Source: Octopus bimaculoides (lineage: Eukaryota). From it: 37,927 nucleotides of DNA. Under the pieces are notes generated by a model. That model saw only the letters and a program-made list of their open reading frames with translations, was not told where the DNA came from and did no database searches. The stretch spans positions 32,398,896-32,436,822 of the forward strand of contig NC_069003.1 of assembly GCF_001194135.2 (NCBI RefSeq), in the 5' to 3' direction. The position numbers and the translations under genes were made by a program. Numbering within the stretch: position 1 is the first letter of the stretch; each line of letters begins with the position of its first letter. Shown piece by piece: positions 1 to 12,084 of this stretch.

Positions 1-54
1 TAAATATCAGAAATATTTGTTTCCATTTTTTGCCTCTTATTTTTATAAGGTAAC

Positions 55-640
55 ATATATAAAGTAGAACATATTTTTCTAAGTTAGCAAAGCAGTAGAA
101 CTTTTTTTTTTTTTTTTTTTTTACAATTTAGCTGTTACTGAATACTATAGCAGTGGGACATGTTTTCTCTAGCTAGTTGTTAGTAAATTGTATACCAGTG
201 GGAAAGATCTTTACCAGTTAGCAGTCAGTAAATACTAACATATTTGCAATGGAACATATTTTTACTATTATTGATAGCTTTCAAATTTTTCTATTCAAAG
301 GTGTTTTTCAACCCAATATTTACATGCCATTATTTTATTGCTTTATATGCTTCAAGATTCACTGTTGTCATCGTCATCGTGAGACCCCCCCACCCCCCAA
401 AAAAGAATTCATATCTCTACTAGTTAGCAGTTAGTAAATACTATAAGCAGTGAAACATTATTTTACTGGTTGACTGTTAGTAAATATTATAAGTAGTGGG
501 ACATATTTTTACGAGTTAGTTTTTATTCCACAAGCAGTGGAATATATTTTTACTAGTTAGCAGATAGTAAATGTATCAGCTGTTCTGTATATCTCACACT
601 ATAACAGGAGGACATATTTTTACTAGTTAGCAGTGGCACA
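55..640. repeat. Degenerate ~46-bp minisatellite, ~9-10 copies, interrupted at ~275-415
   Basis: Recurrent unit close to GCAGTGGGACATATTTTTACTAGTTAGCAGTTAGTAAATACTATAA, e.g. at 151, 197, 448, 493, 534 and 609. Confidence 0.75.
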
Positions 641-1220
641 TGACCCCCTCTGTGACCTTAGCCTGGTCCAATAATCTGATGCTTCTATAATTTTCTCTAA
701 AGCACCCCTTTTACCTAGGTGGTAATTTACAAGGAAGATTCAATACTTGTGATTGAATATGACACCTTTCTCTATAACTTGATTAACTATTCAGGTGACT
801 CTCATGTATCCTACCTCAACAGATATTTTGATAATCTCAGCAACTGTCCTTGATGGACTAGCAGCTTTCCCTGTCTTCATGCTGTTAATCACTCTATCTT
901 CCATACTACTGTCAACCTAAATAGCTGGTCTCTCTGTAGGGTCAGCATGTGGTAATCCCTCTTAACCTTTCTTTACCATTCTCCACTTTCAGCAGTCTTT
1001 CACTCTAACATTTTCATGATACAAATGGCAAGTGTGCCTTCATCGTTTTGGATATACTTCTCACCAATGGCATCTCGGTTCTTTTTTTACATACTGTCTT
1101 GCAATCCTGAACACCTCATGCTTTTGATCTTCATGTTACAGAAAGTGTGCAAACTTCTTTTTTTTTTTTTAATTATCTTTTGGTTCTCCCTAAGTCTACC
1201 TGATGCCTAGCTCCCCTGGT
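640..1220 (-). mobile_element. Decayed RTE-clade LINE, internal fragment (linker to RT N-terminus)
   Basis: Minus-strand translation across stops and frameshifts gives ..EDQKHEVFRIARQ..NRDAIGEKYIQNDEGTLA.. and ..MKTGKAASPSRTVAEIIKIS..VNQVIEKGV..YRSIRLLDQ, matching the RTE RT pre-domain (KAPGPSGITAEMLK; NYRGIKLLDQ). Confidence 0.8.
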
Positions 1221-1324
1221 TGAGCACTAGAGTCAACATAATTGATTTGTGCCTTTCCAGAAATTACTGGCCTTGTGCCACAATTTGAAACCAATATCAT
1301 CTAGGCTCCAAACTGGTAGAATTG

Positions 1325-1545
1325 TTACTGAGCTGGACCAAATACTTAGAGGTATTTTAGTATTTCTTCTGGCTCTTTACATTCTGAGTTCAAATTCTGC
1401 TGAGGCTGGCTTCACCTTTCATCCTTTCAAGAATCAGTGAAATAAGTACTAGTCAAGTACTGAGGTTGATGTAATCAACTTGCATTCTCCCCTCAAAATT
1501 ACTGGCTTTGTGCTAAAATTATAAAGATGATTAAGGTTATAATTT
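1325..1545 (+). mobile_element. SINE family B copy; another 3' fragment at 1218-1290
   Basis: Contains CTGAGTTCAAATTCTGCTGAGGCTGGCTTCACCTTTCATCCTTTC..AATAAGTACTAGT, a motif shared with 15975-16150, 35085-35250, and on the minus strand 9380-9570 and 36890-37105. Confidence 0.75.
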
Positions 1546-2342
1546 TTAGAATAATAATTATGCATATGTGTGTGAGTATTATTTATAACATGTATGCAAG
1601 TCAGCAATTGGCTTGCTGAAATAATTTTTAATAGTAAATATCCTTTCTCTTCAGTCTTAATATCCTTGTGTTATTTAGCTATTTAATTTCACAATTATTA
1701 CCCTAAATGTATTCTTATCAATGTATATCAGTGTATATGTGTGTGATGTGCATGTGTGAAACATGAAGTTTTAATAAGGCATATCTACCATCTATTCAGA
1801 ATTTTTTTTTTACCTCAAAATCAGCCCCTGGCTAAACTAAAAGTTTTCTGGGGTTTTTTTCAATCATTATTTCTTTAATATAACTACATTTCTTTCAAAG
1901 GTATTTCCACTTAGTTGCTTCTCTTGCTAAAAGTGAGCAGCCAAATCTCCATCTAGTCTCCATCTTAGCTTACTGTCTCGCCATTGAAGAATGCCAGGGT
2001 TTAGTTTCAACAAATGTGTAGGTGGGAATTGTCTACATTTGAGGAAATTCTAAATCTGTTTACTTCTATACATCCTGTCCACTGCCCCACATTGTAAACA
2101 GTTCTGTTGTGCAAAAGCTAATTCAGCATTATTCATTTTATTCATGCCTTCCCTTCAGTTCAGCTGGCAAATTATTTAATACAAACTGCTAGTATTTAAG
2201 TGTGTGTGTGTGTGTTCTTTTTAGGGCAGCCTTCAACATTTTCTATCAGGGAGGTTTTGAATCCAATATTTACATGCTTTGAGTTCCATCATTCCTCAAA
2301 ATAATTCACACTTTTCAAGCTTCTAAATTCTTGCTGTCAACA

Positions 2343-2374
<32 letters not shown>

Positions 2375-2377
<3 letters not shown>

Positions 2378-2484
2378 TGCAGGCGTGGCTGTGTGGTAAG
2401 AAGCTTGCTTTCCAACCACATGGTTCCGGGTTCAGTCCCACTGCACAGCACCTTGGGCAAGTGTCCTCTACTATAGCCTCGGGC
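2375..2484 (+). mobile_element. tRNA-headed SINE family A, 5' part, little diverged
   Basis: GGCGTGGCTGTGTGGTAAGAAGCTTGC (A-box-like)..GGTTCAGTCCCAC (B-box-like)..CACCTTGGGCAAGTGTC; preceded by (TA)n. More than 15 homologous copies occur in the window. Confidence 0.85.
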
Positions 2485-3084
2485 TATTTGCTTAGCTGCT
2501 GTAATTGTATGACAGAAGAATTGCATATGACAACCTACTTGCAACTTATCAAGAAATAAGGGATGGTTTGATTATCTTTAATCGTAGGTTAAAGATAACT
2601 AACTTAGATTTAAACTAACTTAGAGCTAAAAACCAAAAATGAGAGGCCAGTGCCCAAAACTTTCAGTTCCTTTGTTCTTCATGGCAAATCAACTTAATAA
2701 CTCTTCAAATGAAAATGTTAATTATTTTTACTGAATTGCTTTTCTGATTATTCAAAATTTATCAAAACATATAAACAGTGTATTCATTAGAAATTTGTTG
2801 ATGAACGGGTTCAATATATTGGAGCTGGAATCATTGCTTTAGTACAACTTAGCTCCTCTTGTATAGTTCTGACAATATTGTCAAGTAATATTATGCTTTC
2901 TTTTGGCAGCTGCTTATATTATTTTGAATAAGTTAAAGTGATATCCCGTATGCTGCAGATTTTATCACTGTTAACCAGCTTTCAATGGAATGTTGATAAG
3001 TTTGGGAAGAAGTAAACAGAAATTGTGAAAAATGTTAAACCAGATAAAAGAAAATGATCTGGTACAAGCAAAAATTTATTTATA

Positions 3085-3925
3085 CATCATCCATCATCGT
3101 TATACATGTGTCGTTTTCCTCTATGCTTGCACAGGCTACATGGGTCTTCTTCAGCACATCTTCTTACCAGTTGTTACTGTCCTTTGTCATCTCCTTCATG
3201 AAGTTTAGTCTCCTGAGACCAGCTTTCATCACTTCTTCCCAAATCTTCTTTGATCTTCCATTCTGCAGGTTCCTCCCATTCGGATTACTTGACACTTCTC
3301 TAAAACCACTCTGTCAGCCTCCATATGCATCATGTGTCCATACCAGTGCAGTCTTATCTCTGAAACACTACATCTGATTCCCCTTATACCAATTCTTTCT
3401 CTTAGCTTATTTTTGCTCTGCTCTTCATGCACACTAATATTACAGACCCAACAAAGCCTGCTCCTCGCATTTCTTTCAAAGCCCATGGTTGCTATCATGC
3501 AACACTGCACTACATACCCAAGGATCATGCAGTCTGCACTCAAGAGAGGTGGGCTGGGATTCTTTTGTTGACAGCAGAAATGATAATTTCCTGAATTTTT
3601 TCCTCTTTGTTCTACTATGATGCTTTTTTGTGTCTATCTTTACTTCTAATTAAATCAGCTATACAACAGAAGCTTTCAACATCTTCCAAAAAAACCTTCC
3701 GAGCATTTAAAAGAATTTATTCCATTTGTGCTCTTAATACTAATTATTCCTGTACAGATGTACTGTGATCCCACTATACTTCTTGTGCACTCATAGTTTA
3801 CATAAGGGCACACTATAAGGAATTCCTATCTACTTCTTTATTGCATATTGAGCCTTCCCACTTCTCAGAGGTCAGTTGAATCTTGTCTTCTCTGTTAACT
3901 CAGACACAGGTATAAGTATTAAAAT
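3085..3925 (-). mobile_element. Decayed RTE-clade LINE, 3' end
   Basis: ORF 3229-3543 contains FERNARSRLCWVCNISVHEEQS..LRERIGIRGIRCSVSEIRLHWYGHMMHM, the RTE C-terminal RWYGHV.RM motif. Upstream are DVESFCYIADLIS and a decayed Cys-rich segment; the tail is (GAT)-rich near 3085-3100. Confidence 0.85.
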
Positions 3926-4667
3926 CAAAATCTGTGAAAGATTTCTTCAACTATTGAAGTTAGACACTAATCTAAATTTACTTAATAATTGAGAGACTGA
4001 TTAATTTTCTCGAACAATATACAATAAAGAAGCGGCAATAGAAGCAGAAATGATGTGGAAAGGGAAGGGGATGGTGGAGGAAGTATTTATAGATTAATTA
4101 GAAATGTTGTAACAATCGGCAATTAATAACTACAATAGATTTTAGGATAATAGGAATAAAAATAGAAATAGAAATGTTCCCCAAGAGATTGAACTGGAAC
4201 TGACAGTATATTTAATCAGGATGAATGTGATGTGTTTTGTTATCATTGGTTATCACAGAATACATCAAATTCTTCACAACATTATTGGAAATAATGTTTA
4301 TAATAGTGTTATGTTGTTGAATGTTGAATAATAAAATGAGGCTGACTTTGGAAAGAAAGAAATGTATTCTGAAAATATGACTTGACTCTCAATGCCGGTT
4401 CTGAAGAAGTAAGAATGGTAGAACAGGAATGGTATACTAGTTACAGCAATGATAGATACTTCAGTCTTTAAGAAATGTTATTGATTCTTGTTTTCTTAAG
4501 AAATAATTATATTTAGAATTTTCTTCAAACAACTGCCACACAATGACATTGTTATTCTGGTAGCAATTGAGGCATTTTCTTATGACAAAGTGTTGAAGAC
4601 GGCAACTGTCAGTGACCCTGCGCAGAAAAATACAAAAATAGAGCAAAATTTGCTCTGTGATAGGCAC

Positions 4668-4990
4668 AAGCATGGCTGCATAGTTAAGAAGTTTGCTTCA
4701 CAACCATGTGGTTACAGCTTCCATCACACTGCATTATACCTTGGGTAAGTATTTTCTGCTATATCTGCAGGCATGGCTATGTGGCTAAAAAGCTTGCTCC
4801 CCAACCATATGGTCCTGGGTTAAGTCCAATTGTGTGCAACTGTTGGTGTTTTCTACTGTCACCCTAGGCTAACCAAAGCCATCCAACCCATGCCAGCATG
4901 GGAAACAGACGTTAAATGATAATGATGATGATGTATCAGGAAGAGCATCTGGATGTAGAACAGTATTGCAAGAAGTCTTGTTCTACTTAC
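4668..4990 (+). mobile_element. Two tandem SINE-A heads followed by RTE-type 3' tails
   Basis: SINE-A heads at 4668 and 4768, then CCAACCCATGCCAGCATGGGAAACAGACGTTAAATGATAATGATG, which matches the reverse complement of the RTE tail at 32477-32530. Confidence 0.7.
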
Positions 4991-5316
4991 GCTAGCATGG
5001 AAAAGCAGACATAAAAACGATGATAGCTTTGTCATTTTTATCAACTTGTTTCACTCAAAGATTCCACAATTACAATTCAAACCATTTTTTTTATTAACAT
5101 GCCTCAGGCACAAAATCGTCTATTTTTTTACTAAATCATCTTCAAATTGTTGATTATTCTCACAAATAAAATAAAGCACATAAACAATATCCTTCATGAA
5201 ATGGTTAATCCTTTTAATTAATTCCAACACACCTGAGACCATCATATCTGATCCAACAATATAAAACAACCTCTTGTTTAAAATATTCATGTTTTTGATA
5301 ATGTCAAGATATAGAA

Positions 5317-5500
5317 GCAGACATGGCTGTGTGGTTGAGAAGCTTGCTTTGTAACCACATGCTTTTTTGAATTCACTGCGACTGCGTGGAACTTTGGGCA
5401 TGTGTTTTCTTCTATAGCCCCAGGCTGACCAAAGCCTTATAAGTGAACTTGGAAGATGGAGATTGTAAAACCCATTGTATATATGTATGTGTGTGTCTGT
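5317..5500 (+). mobile_element. SINE family A, 5' half
   Basis: GACATGGCTGTGTGGTTGAGAAGCTTGC..CTATAGCCCCAGGCTGACCAAAGCCTT. Confidence 0.8.
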
Positions 5501-5520
5501 AATACTCTAAGGTGGCACTA

Positions 5521-5717
5521 TGAGGGGCTGCTGAAAAGTTCCTTGCTTTAAGAGTATCATGAAGGGCCTGGTTGGAGGCCCAGCTTTCTGAATTCTTTTA
5601 CAGGGCTTAGAAAACCTGAAGGACCGCTGCAATAAGTGTGTGAATTTGAGAGGAGTATATGTTGAATAAAATCAACCTTAACTGATCCTCCTGTATTTTC
5701 TTTTCAGCACCCCCTCG
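5521..5717 (+). mobile_element. Non-autonomous mariner (Tc1/mariner) element
   Basis: TIRs TGAGGGGCTGCTGAAAAG and CTTTTCAGCACCCCCTCG, flanked by TA on both sides (5519-20, 5718-19). The interior encodes the transposase C-terminus LQGLENLKDRCNKCVNLRGVYVE*. Confidence 0.85.
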
Positions 5718-5744
5718 TACAACCCCGGTTGGAAGCCAATACTC

Positions 5745-6030
5745 TATGCCAGACATGTGCAACCTTTTTCAAGAAGCAGACTGCATGTCACATGGCTCTT
5801 CATTAGGTGTGCCTTTCAGGAAGCCCTGCAGGTCATAGTTTGAATATGAATGATCTATGCAGCTGCTTGATCTGCTAGAAATAGCACTAAATCTCTCTCT
5901 CTAAAAAAAAAAAAGCAACCTTACTTTCAGTTATCTTAAATAAAGGAAGGACACATTGGGTCATGTTATTTCTATCCTTAGATGACAAAAAAACAAAAGA
6001 GGATAGAGTTTGAATGCCTTTAATCAAGCT
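5745..6030 (+). repeat. Unclassified interspersed repeat with GCTAGAAATAGCAGCCAAA core
   Basis: The core recurs at ~1926, 5875, 7300, 8690, 8790, 9643, 23483 and 34085 on +, and at ~8240, 25090, 32330 and 34360 on -. Confidence 0.65.
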
Positions 6031-6155
6031 TCATTCACTTTAATATGCTGGAAACCCTGAGATAAGTATCAGCCCCATACACCATGTTGCTTCTTGAAAA
6101 AAGAACATCTATTTTGATCAAAAAAGAACATCCATTGAAACGCTGGAGAGCGCAT

Positions 6156-6205
<50 letters not shown>

Positions 6206-6812
6206 GCACATATGTACTTGCAGAAAAATATATCATAAACTCTTGTAGTTTGCTTCTTTCTATAAAAATCTAAGAAATCTTGTTAACAACACAACAAGTA
6301 ATTTCCATCTCTTGCAGCAATTTCTCACTATTTTTATTATTAAAATTTAATTCTTTGAAAATTTAATTTGTTAATGAACCACTTACATTTATTTATATAT
6401 TTTTTCTCTATTTAATTTCATTAATTTTTGTTTTAAATATAATAAAATAGAAAGTAGAATTATTGGTAATTTCTAGGATAACTTCTATTCTTATTCAGTG
6501 AAATATCTTAAATATTTTATGCATTATACATGTTAACATCACTTTATATTATGTGTGTGTGTGTACACACACACACACACATGTATAATGCATTATAGAT
6601 CTTACTCTCTAAAATGCTTGGTTAGCATAGAAGACATTTTATTATGTGCATTATTGCATTATACATGTTAACATCACTTTTAAGTGTGTATGTGTGCATC
6701 ATACCATATATATATATTTTAACATTAATGTATATATTTTATACACTTTAATATCACATTCAGTAAATATGTGTGAGAACATAACTTCCAATACATGTAT
6801 GTATATGGTGTT

Positions 6813-6863
<51 letters not shown>

Positions 6864-7419
6864 CACACACATATATACACACACACATTATACATCATAT
6901 ACTTAAAGTACTTCTAAAATATCAAGAATAACCTAAGGAGTGATTGTCATAGCGATAGTAGCTATTGTTTATGTTATTTTGTTCAATACCCTTTTATGGT
7001 TTCCAGCAGATACTGGCTTTGCTTTTAAATTTAGAAAACCACTCAGCTTTTGTATGTTAAAATATGAATATTTCCCGGCCCATTAGTCATTATATAACAA
7101 GATTATTCCACTCGCTAAATTTTTGAAGAATTTCACAGTTGTCAATGAGAGCTGTCCTAAGAAACTAAATGTGCACTTAAAATACTAAAAACTGCAATAA
7201 TTTCTGCAGACGGTGTGCTCCACACCTGCAGAGATCATTTCATTTCTGTTTCAAAAAATATTAGCATGTGGGAACCTCCACACAATTGCTTAAATGTGCT
7301 AGGAATAGCATCTGAAATCTCCCTTGAATCATGCCCTACTCTCGTGAAATAAAGGTAAAGAAGGATTTGATAGACTTGAGCATTCCAAACTTTTTACATT
7401 AGCAACATATCATCATCAT

Positions 7420-7560
7420 CATTATCATCATTGCTACGGTCGTTGTTTTTATGTTTGCTGTTTCCATGCTGTCATGTGTTAGTTGGGACTTACTGAGGCA
7501 ATATATTTTGGCTGGATGTCTGCTAACCATTACCTATTTCTCAAGAAAGGTATTTTTATT
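7420..7560 (-). mobile_element. RTE/SINE 3' tail with (GAT)n
   Basis: CATCATCATC..TTTCCATGCTGTCATG..GGCTGGATGTC, similar to 32477-32610. Confidence 0.55.
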
Positions 7561-7628
7561 CCCCTGGTTTTCACACACGAAAACTGATAAGCTACAAGAT
7601 GTATTATTTACAGGTGATGGTAAACACA

Positions 7629-7826
7629 CCATATTTTTGCAGAATATAAGTCAACTTGGTATATTGTGTAAACATTCAAATATCATCACTATCTTTCCAA
7701 ATCCTGTTCCATTTCACATGGAATTTTTGGTCTGCTAAAGTCGTTTTGGTGTGTAAGTGAGCCTATCTATTTTTGCCCGGAAATTTTCATCTGAAGAATT
7801 CAACTTGTATGCTGGAAAAATATAGG
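7629..7826. mobile_element. Tc2/pogo-like MITE; related right end at 26245-26340
   Basis: Termini CCATATTTTTGCAGAATATAAG and CTTGTATGCTGGAAAAATATAGG are imperfect inverted repeats resembling the Tc2-type TIR CCGTATTTTTCGGACTATAAG. TCTGAA.AATTCAACTTGTATG.TGGAAAA is shared with 26300-26335. Confidence 0.55.
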
Positions 7827-7899
7827 ATTACCATCATTGCATAAAAAGAGACAATGTGAGGGCAAGCAGAAATATACATTCACACATGCAGGAATACAT

Positions 7900-8065
7900 G
7901 ATCACACATGCACCAAAATGAGCTTGTATACAGCTTCCATCCACCAGTTTGACTCACAAGACATTGGTCAACCTATAATTATAGAAGAAGACACTTGCCC
8001 AAGGTGCTACACTGTGAGATGGAACCTAAAACCATTTGGTTACAAAGCAAGTTTTCATTGTCACA
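7900..8065 (-). mobile_element. SINE family A, 5' half
   Basis: AGAAGACACTTGCCCAAGGTGC..GAACC is the reverse complement of the SINE-A core. Confidence 0.75.
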
Positions 8066-8837
8066 CATAAAATTTTTTCATGGCACACTAAGTTTAGCCC
8101 TAGTTCATCTACCATGATTGAAGATACTTAATCAAAACCATTCCAGTCATGGCCATCCCCTCTTTCTATGTATCAAGATTTATACTTATATTATCCAATC
8201 CATTCACATTCCATTTTAGGTAATTGAGTATGATTTTAGAGAAATTTGGCTATTGCTTCTAGCACGTCATGTGATTTTATAATAGTTCCCTTGATTCATT
8301 ATCTCAGTATTTCTAATTACTTACTCTACTCATTATTTAAACTTATTCTCTAATTAATTAATCTAAGACCAAAATCAATAACAAGATTAAGTTAACATAT
8401 TTTTCACTCATTACTTTTGAATATTCAATAGGTTTGCTTTGTTTTTTGTTTTTTCTTTTTGTAATTAAGTGGTCTTCTTTATTTTAATATTTCCTTCTTA
8501 ATACATTTGTATTAATCAATTTTTAGTTCATTTTTAATTTTTTAACAAAATAGCAAAGTTTCCTTTAGTATTTCTAAATGTAGCATGAGAATATATGGTT
8601 TGAAATTAATTTTCAATTTAATCTTACCATCTAACCATATATCAGTTTTCTGGAACTAATGAGGGAGCTACTACATGGTTGGTTTGCCTACTAGAAATAG
8701 CTGCCCATATTTACCTCATATTATATCCTACAACATAAAAACAAAAAGGATACAAGCTAATGAGTCAGTCTCCCTTTGGTCAGTTTGCTTGCTAGAAATA
8801 GTACCCAGGTTTCATTTCCTTTATATTAACATCCTTA

Positions 8838-9215
8838 CATATCCATCTATTTTCTTTTCCCCACTATTCTGGGGAGGGTCATGGAGTAAAGTCCTCAGGC
8901 ACCTCCTCCATAGGATCCTATCGGAAGCAATTGTCATTAGACTTTTTAGCTGGATTCCCAAGCATGACCAACTGAGACTAGGGATATCATCTAACCATCT
9001 TGTCCCTGGTCTACCCCTAAGTATCTTACCAATTAACTTGGCTTAATTCTTTCCTGTGATTCTTTTCTGTATCATTCTGATCACATGTCTGTAGTACCAG
9101 AGTCGTGAACACTCAATGCAGAGCAGTGGCAGCTCAATCAGGAGAGACTCCTTGACTTCTGAGCTATGTACCGTTTTGGATAATGTTACTCCAGAGCCCC
9201 TTTAGAGGATCTCCA
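8838..9215 (-). mobile_element. Rex3/Expander-like (RTE clade) LINE 3' end
   Basis: Minus translation gives ..VHSSEVKESLLIELPLLCIECSRLWYYRHVIRM..GRPGTRWLDDIPSLSWSCLGIQLKSLMTIASDRILWRRCLRTLLHDP, matching the Rex3/Expander C-terminus; the tail is GATG-rich. Confidence 0.8.
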
Positions 9216-9379
9216 TTTCAGCCTCTTCTTTTCACAACCATACTTTTTTGATTATTATCCGACATTTATGACCAGATTAAATTTTTAAAAAAAGGATGAC
9301 CACAACTTGACCAGGGAGCTTAGAAATAGCACCCACATTTTTCTTATTACTTACTATATTAGTTTCAAATTTTGTCACA

Positions 9380-9570
9380 AGGCCAGTAGTTTCAGGAAAG
9401 GAGCTAAGCCAGTTACACTGACCGCAGTGTTCAATTGGTACTTATTTTATTCACCCCAAAAGGATGAAAAGCAAAGTTGTCCCCAATGGCATTTGAACTC
9501 AGAATGTAAAGACAAAATACTGCTAAGCATTTTGCTTGGTGTGCTAACAATTCTGCCACCTCACTGCCTT
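9380..9570 (-). mobile_element. SINE family B, near full length
   Basis: TGGTACTTATTTTATTCACCCCAAAAGGATGAAAAGCAAAG..TTTGAACTCAGAATGTAAAGAC. Confidence 0.8.
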
Positions 9571-9714
9571 CTTATAGCTTACTATATTAAAAGAAATAAT
9601 ATGACAAAGCTAACAAGAGGGCTTCAAAATAGCCAGTTTGCTTTCTAGAAATAGCAGCCAACTCTACTTTATATTGCATTTTACTGCCTTAAAACCAAGA
9701 AGGGTATGAAAAGA

Positions 9715-9983
9715 TTCTGTACGTCCATTCTACCTTCCAGCCAAATAACACCAATATCTCATTCAAATCACATATGTTGAAATATACTGGCTTTATTTCC
9801 ATTAATTTTGAAAATAATTAAGAATTTGGTAAAAATAACTTTGTTATTATTAAGCCAGTACTTGGAACATACATCAACATGAAATTTTGTTGGAAAGTTC
9901 AATTTTAGATTACTTTAAAACTGGAAGTTTGTAGCATTCAGCCAATGGCTGTTTCAAGGAGGTTTGTAATCAAAAGGGTTTAA
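9715..9983. repeat. Probable non-autonomous DNA-element remnant ending AAAAGGGTTTAA
   Basis: The terminus resembles the AGGG-TTAA ends of piggyBac-type elements; only one end is recognisable. Confidence 0.3.
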
Positions 9984-11307
9984 AGAGTCTTTCAACAAGT
10001 ATGGGAAACAACTCTGAATATATTTCAGAGTTATTATGATCTCTTCAGTGAATATAGTCTTCACCGTACTTAGCAAAATAGTAATTGGAGAACCACAAAG
10101 TATATGTAAATGTATAAGAATGTACTGTTGTTGACATAGAAAAATAGAAATGCTCAGAAATAAGTTATGCCATTTGCATGTCAGTCTTATTGAATGAAAT
10201 GTATATTGAATCGATAGCGAGTGAAACGATTAATCAGTAATGAAAAAAATAACATTAGTCATTGATTTTGATCCTTTCAACAAATATAAGGACAACTCCA
10301 GATATATTTCAGGCTAATCTTGACCTCCTCAGTAATGTATACACTTCACTGCACTTGCTAAAATTATCCATATTTTACTTACTATGTTCAGTAAAGGTTT
10401 TTATTTTATCGATACACAATTTTTTTTTATAAGATAATGGCTTTATATTTGTTTCATGTTTTTAAAAAATGAAATTTTAATAAATTTTTCTGCAGATGTT
10501 TTTTTCTATAGGGAGTGAGACAATACTCAGAGTGATTTTTGATTGGTTACATCTGCTGCTGTTGTTGTTGTTGTTGTTGCTCTTATTTCTGCATGAAATA
10601 TTCTAAATTACATTGTATTAAAGTTACTATGAATGAACACAAAAGCCTAAACATCAGAACCTATACAAGTAAAAAAAAAAATCAGGTGTCTTAATTTCAG
10701 GGATGATGTTTATATATTTCTTAAATATGCATATGTGAGTGGCTGTGTGTGTTTGTGTGGATATGTGTGTGTGCTGAGAGCAATTTTAAATACCTCAAGA
10801 CTTCACTAAGCTGTAGGATTTCTTATTAATTTCTTGTTATTTTACAGCTGCACATATTATTAAGAACGAGAACATTTTTCACATATCTCTTTTTTGAATT
10901 GCTTGTATACATTTTCCCTTTCTTTCATGTTTTCTCTCCCCCTCTCTCTCTTTATCTATTTTACACACACATGCACATATATGTACAGGCATACTTGCAC
11001 ATACATGTACACATTCACGTACAGGCATGCACACACACATACCCTCATTCACATATCCTTGCACACACTTATATAAAGATGTACAGACATAAACATACAC
11101 TCACATACATACACATATCTGCTTGCTTACACATAGAAACACACACACACATGCATTATATTTATTCTTTCTGTAATGTTAGTCAATAGAGTATGTTATA
11201 TTAAACTAATTTATGATTAAATCTAGTTATGTGTTTGCTTCTTTTATATATATAAAAAAATTTTTAATGGCATGTCTCCCTTCATTTACTCATTCCCTTA
11301 CAAATAA

Positions 11308-11720
11308 TATCTTTCTTGGCTTCACATGCAAAGATTTAGAATGGGTGGCTGTCCACACCTGTTGCTCGCTTGGTGATGCCTGATGAAATCCAATTCAGGA
11401 CAAACGTGTATAAATGAGAAGGTGGACTGGTCAGGGTTGGTTGTAGTGTTCATGTTTTACTTCCTTTTTCTCTTGTCTGCAAGGATATTCCTGCAGTGGT
11501 TTTCGAAAGAGGATGTTTCTAGAAGGACAATGAGATTCCATACCTTACAGTCGCTGGCAAAAACAGACTAAAGGTGATGATCAATGTGGCAGGTGTGGAG
11601 GGATTTCTTTCAAGAATCATTGTACCTCTTCTTTGGTGCTTCTTTATCATGATGACCAGAGGAGTGTTTGCCATACTGTGTGATCTTGGGAAGTCAATGA
11701 TCCTCCATAAATACATTCTT
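11308..11720 (-). mobile_element. RTE-BovB-like LINE 3' end
   Basis: Minus translation gives MEDH*LPKITQYGKHSSGHHDKEAPKKRYNDS..LHTCHIDHHL..FENHCRNILADKRKR, then TAAATCTTTGCATGTGAAGCCAAG. This resembles the BovB-type RLPKIALYGELSTGHRDRGAPKKRYKDS and its 3' UTR. Confidence 0.85.
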
Positions 11721-12084
11721 GTGAGAGGTTTAGAATTTTTCTAAAATAAAAATTGCTGTAAAAAAAAAAAAAACCCAAATAAAATTTATGAAATGACAAG
11801 GCTTTGCTCACCCCAGAATGATAGTAGAAAACACTTGACCAAGTGCCATGCAGTGGGACTGAACCTAAAGCCAGATATATGTTTTCAGATTTTTATACCA
11901 TGTACTTTTCTTTTTTTTTTCTTTTCCAAACTGTAGTGTACTTTTAATATTTGCATCATGCAATTTTCTTTCTAATTTCTAAAAATTACGTTAATATTCT
12001 AAAAAAAAATTATAATCTTATTAAAAACAACTCATTTAAAATATTTTAGATATTTTATAATAATACTTTAAAAAACAACAACAA

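Noticed and set aside
55-640. Repeat arrays as CRISPR
   Set aside because: Eukaryotic context, no unique spacers, no cas genes.
640-3925. The two RTE fragments as one interrupted element
   Set aside because: On the coding strand the 3' end precedes the N-terminal part, so they are not colinear.
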